A stretch of DNA of 64,000 bases from Rikenellaceae bacterium. Its GTDB lineage: Bacteria > Bacteroidota > Bacteroidia > Bacteroidales > Rikenellaceae. Where the stretch lies: the NCBI GenBank assembly GCA_031551275.1, contig JAVBNX010000018.1, positions 5,501 to 69,500 of the forward strand, written 5' to 3'. Position numbers and translations under genes: made by a program. The notes beneath the pieces were generated by a model. It saw nothing but the letters and a program-made list of their open reading frames with translations. It was not told the DNA's origin and did not search any database. Shown one piece after another: positions 62,943 through 64,000 of this stretch (the first letter of the stretch is position 1; each line of letters opens with the position of its first letter).

Positions 62943-64000
62943 ATGAAATTCACTTTACGCTGCGCCATTGCAGCAATCTTTGCCGCGACACTATTTACGG
63001 GATGCACGACCGACGACGTGGGCCCCAACCACGGGAAGATCGACCCCGCCGACCTGTATGAGATCACGGACGAGGCCTTCGCCGACTACCTTATCTATAA
63101 CTGCAACCGCACGGACGACTACCAGCTGCCCTTCGGCACCGCCCTGGTGCAGGACGGCAGGAAGTATATCAATAAAAAGGTGGCCTCCAGGGCGACGATC
63201 CTCTACCTGGTCAAGGACGCCACCCGCATCACCGACCTCACCAACGCGGGAGTGCCCACGGCAGCCACCAAGATAGTGAGCCTTGACGGTATCCAGTACT
63301 TCACCGGCCTGGATGAGATCCGCCTCACCTCTAACCTCGTCGCGGGCGAGTTGGACCTGCGCGCACTGACACGTCTGACCACCCTTGAGATGAACACCAA
63401 CGTGGTCAACTCGCTGCTGTTGCCCGCCACGATGGTGCGTCTGCGCTACAACGCCAGCTCGACCAATTCGGACGTCACCAAAAAGATCGCCGCCATCGAC
63501 CTGTCCGGGTGCGCCAACATAAACCATATCTCGCTTACCAACCAGAATATCGCCGCCGCAGGATTCACCCTGCCCGCGACCTACGCCAACCTCCACGAGA
63601 TCGACCTGACGGGCAATCCCGGCGCGCCGTTCGCCGTTCCCGCGGCGCTCTACGACCAGCTGACCACCAGCGGCGGGGTGATGCCAGCCGGCGCCAACCC
63701 GACCACCTATCCCGCGCTTTTCTTCCAGGTGCCCGATGCCGCCTTCGCAGATTACATTTTCTACCGCGCCACCGACGCGTCTGCTTCTGATAAACTTCCC
63801 GCCGGTTCTGTAATGAAACACACAGACAACAAGATTTATATATGCAAGCCGCTCGCCGCGACGGCCACCGTGCTCAACGTCGCCAAGACTTCGGCGGCGA
63901 TCACCACCCTTACCGGCGCCTCGGTGCCCACCGCCTCGACCAAGATCGCCGATGCCGACGGACTGCAGTTCTTCACCGGGTTGAAGGAGTTCACGGCCAC
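62943..64000 (+). CDS. leucine-rich-repeat-like surface lipoprotein, 3' end outside the window (ORF absent from the supplied track)
   Basis: I translated this by hand from the ATG at 62943 to the window end and found no stop. MKFTLRCAIAAIFAATLFTGCTTDD has a lipobox. LRR-like segments (LDGIQYFTGLDEIRLTSN, LTRLTTLEMNTN, IDLSGCANINHISLTN, LHEIDLTGN). The N-terminal module recurs from about 63735. Confidence 0.7.
   Translation, partial: MKFTLRCAIAAIFAATLFTGCTTDDVGPNHGKIDPADLYEITDEAFADYLIYNCNRTDDYQLPFGTALVQDGRKYINKKVASRATILYLVKDATRITDLTNAGVPTAATKIVSLDGIQYFTGLDEIRLTSNLVAGELDLRALTRLTTLEMNTNVVNSLLLPATMVRLRYNASSTNSDVTKKIAAIDLSGCANINHISLTNQNIAAAGFTLPATYANLHEIDLTGNPGAPFAVPAALYDQLTTSGGVMPAGANPTTYPALFFQVPDAAFADYIFYRATDASASDKLPAGSVMKHTDNKIYICKPLAATATVLNVAKTSAAITTLTGASVPTASTKIADADGLQFFTGLKEFTA

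Overview
This is a high-GC Bacteroidota (Bacteroidales-type) chromosomal segment. The phylum call is an inference from SusC/SusD genes, a hybrid two-component regulator, type V pilus-like genes and TAnnTTTG promoter boxes. ORF-track ends include the stop codon. Several starts were moved to internal ATGs where the track began at an alternative codon or ran upstream into a divergent gene.

Layout:
1. 1-1.4 kb: an AT-rich orphan lipoprotein gene and efp.
2. 1.4-18.6 kb: a uronate-type polysaccharide utilization locus (PUL). It has a divergent HTCS regulator, then one tightly packed plus-strand operon: GH88-like, SusC, SusD, GH105-like, a cytoplasmic URO-D/MtaA-like protein, an ExuT-like MFS transporter, and two tandem paralogous lyase-like toroid proteins.
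3. 18.6-21.7 kb: a SAM methyltransferase and a 718-aa unassigned lipoprotein.
4. 21.8-28.3 kb: a four-gene minus-strand type V pilus-like operon. Its two large subunits carry C-terminal GLUG-like, Cys-containing repeats.
5. 28.5-30.9 kb: a third lyase-like paralog with an N-terminal BACON-like domain, and a DUF3575 porin-like gene.
6. 31-44 kb: housekeeping genes (M23 peptidase, ispD, tsaD, tamB-like, exbB-exbD-tonB, DUF1573, amidohydrolase, GT2).
7. 44.6-58.1 kb: the conserved block tRNA-Leu / tRNA-Thr-Tyr-Gly-tuf-(structured spacer)-tRNA-Trp-secE-nusG-rplKAJL-rpoBC.
8. 58.2-64 kb: ROK kinase, polyprenyl synthase, U32 protein, DAACS symporter, and a 3'-truncated LRR-like lipoprotein ORF that the ORF track does not list.

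I saw no rRNA, CRISPR array, transposase or integrase, and no recognisable defence system.

The best candidates for undescribed biology are:
- the lyase-like paralog family (three genes with different accessory domains);
- the URO-D/MtaA-like enzyme embedded in the PUL;
- the pilus-like operon with repeat-bearing subunits that sits physically inside the PUL.

All family assignments come from motif recognition by eye and need HMM or structure confirmation.
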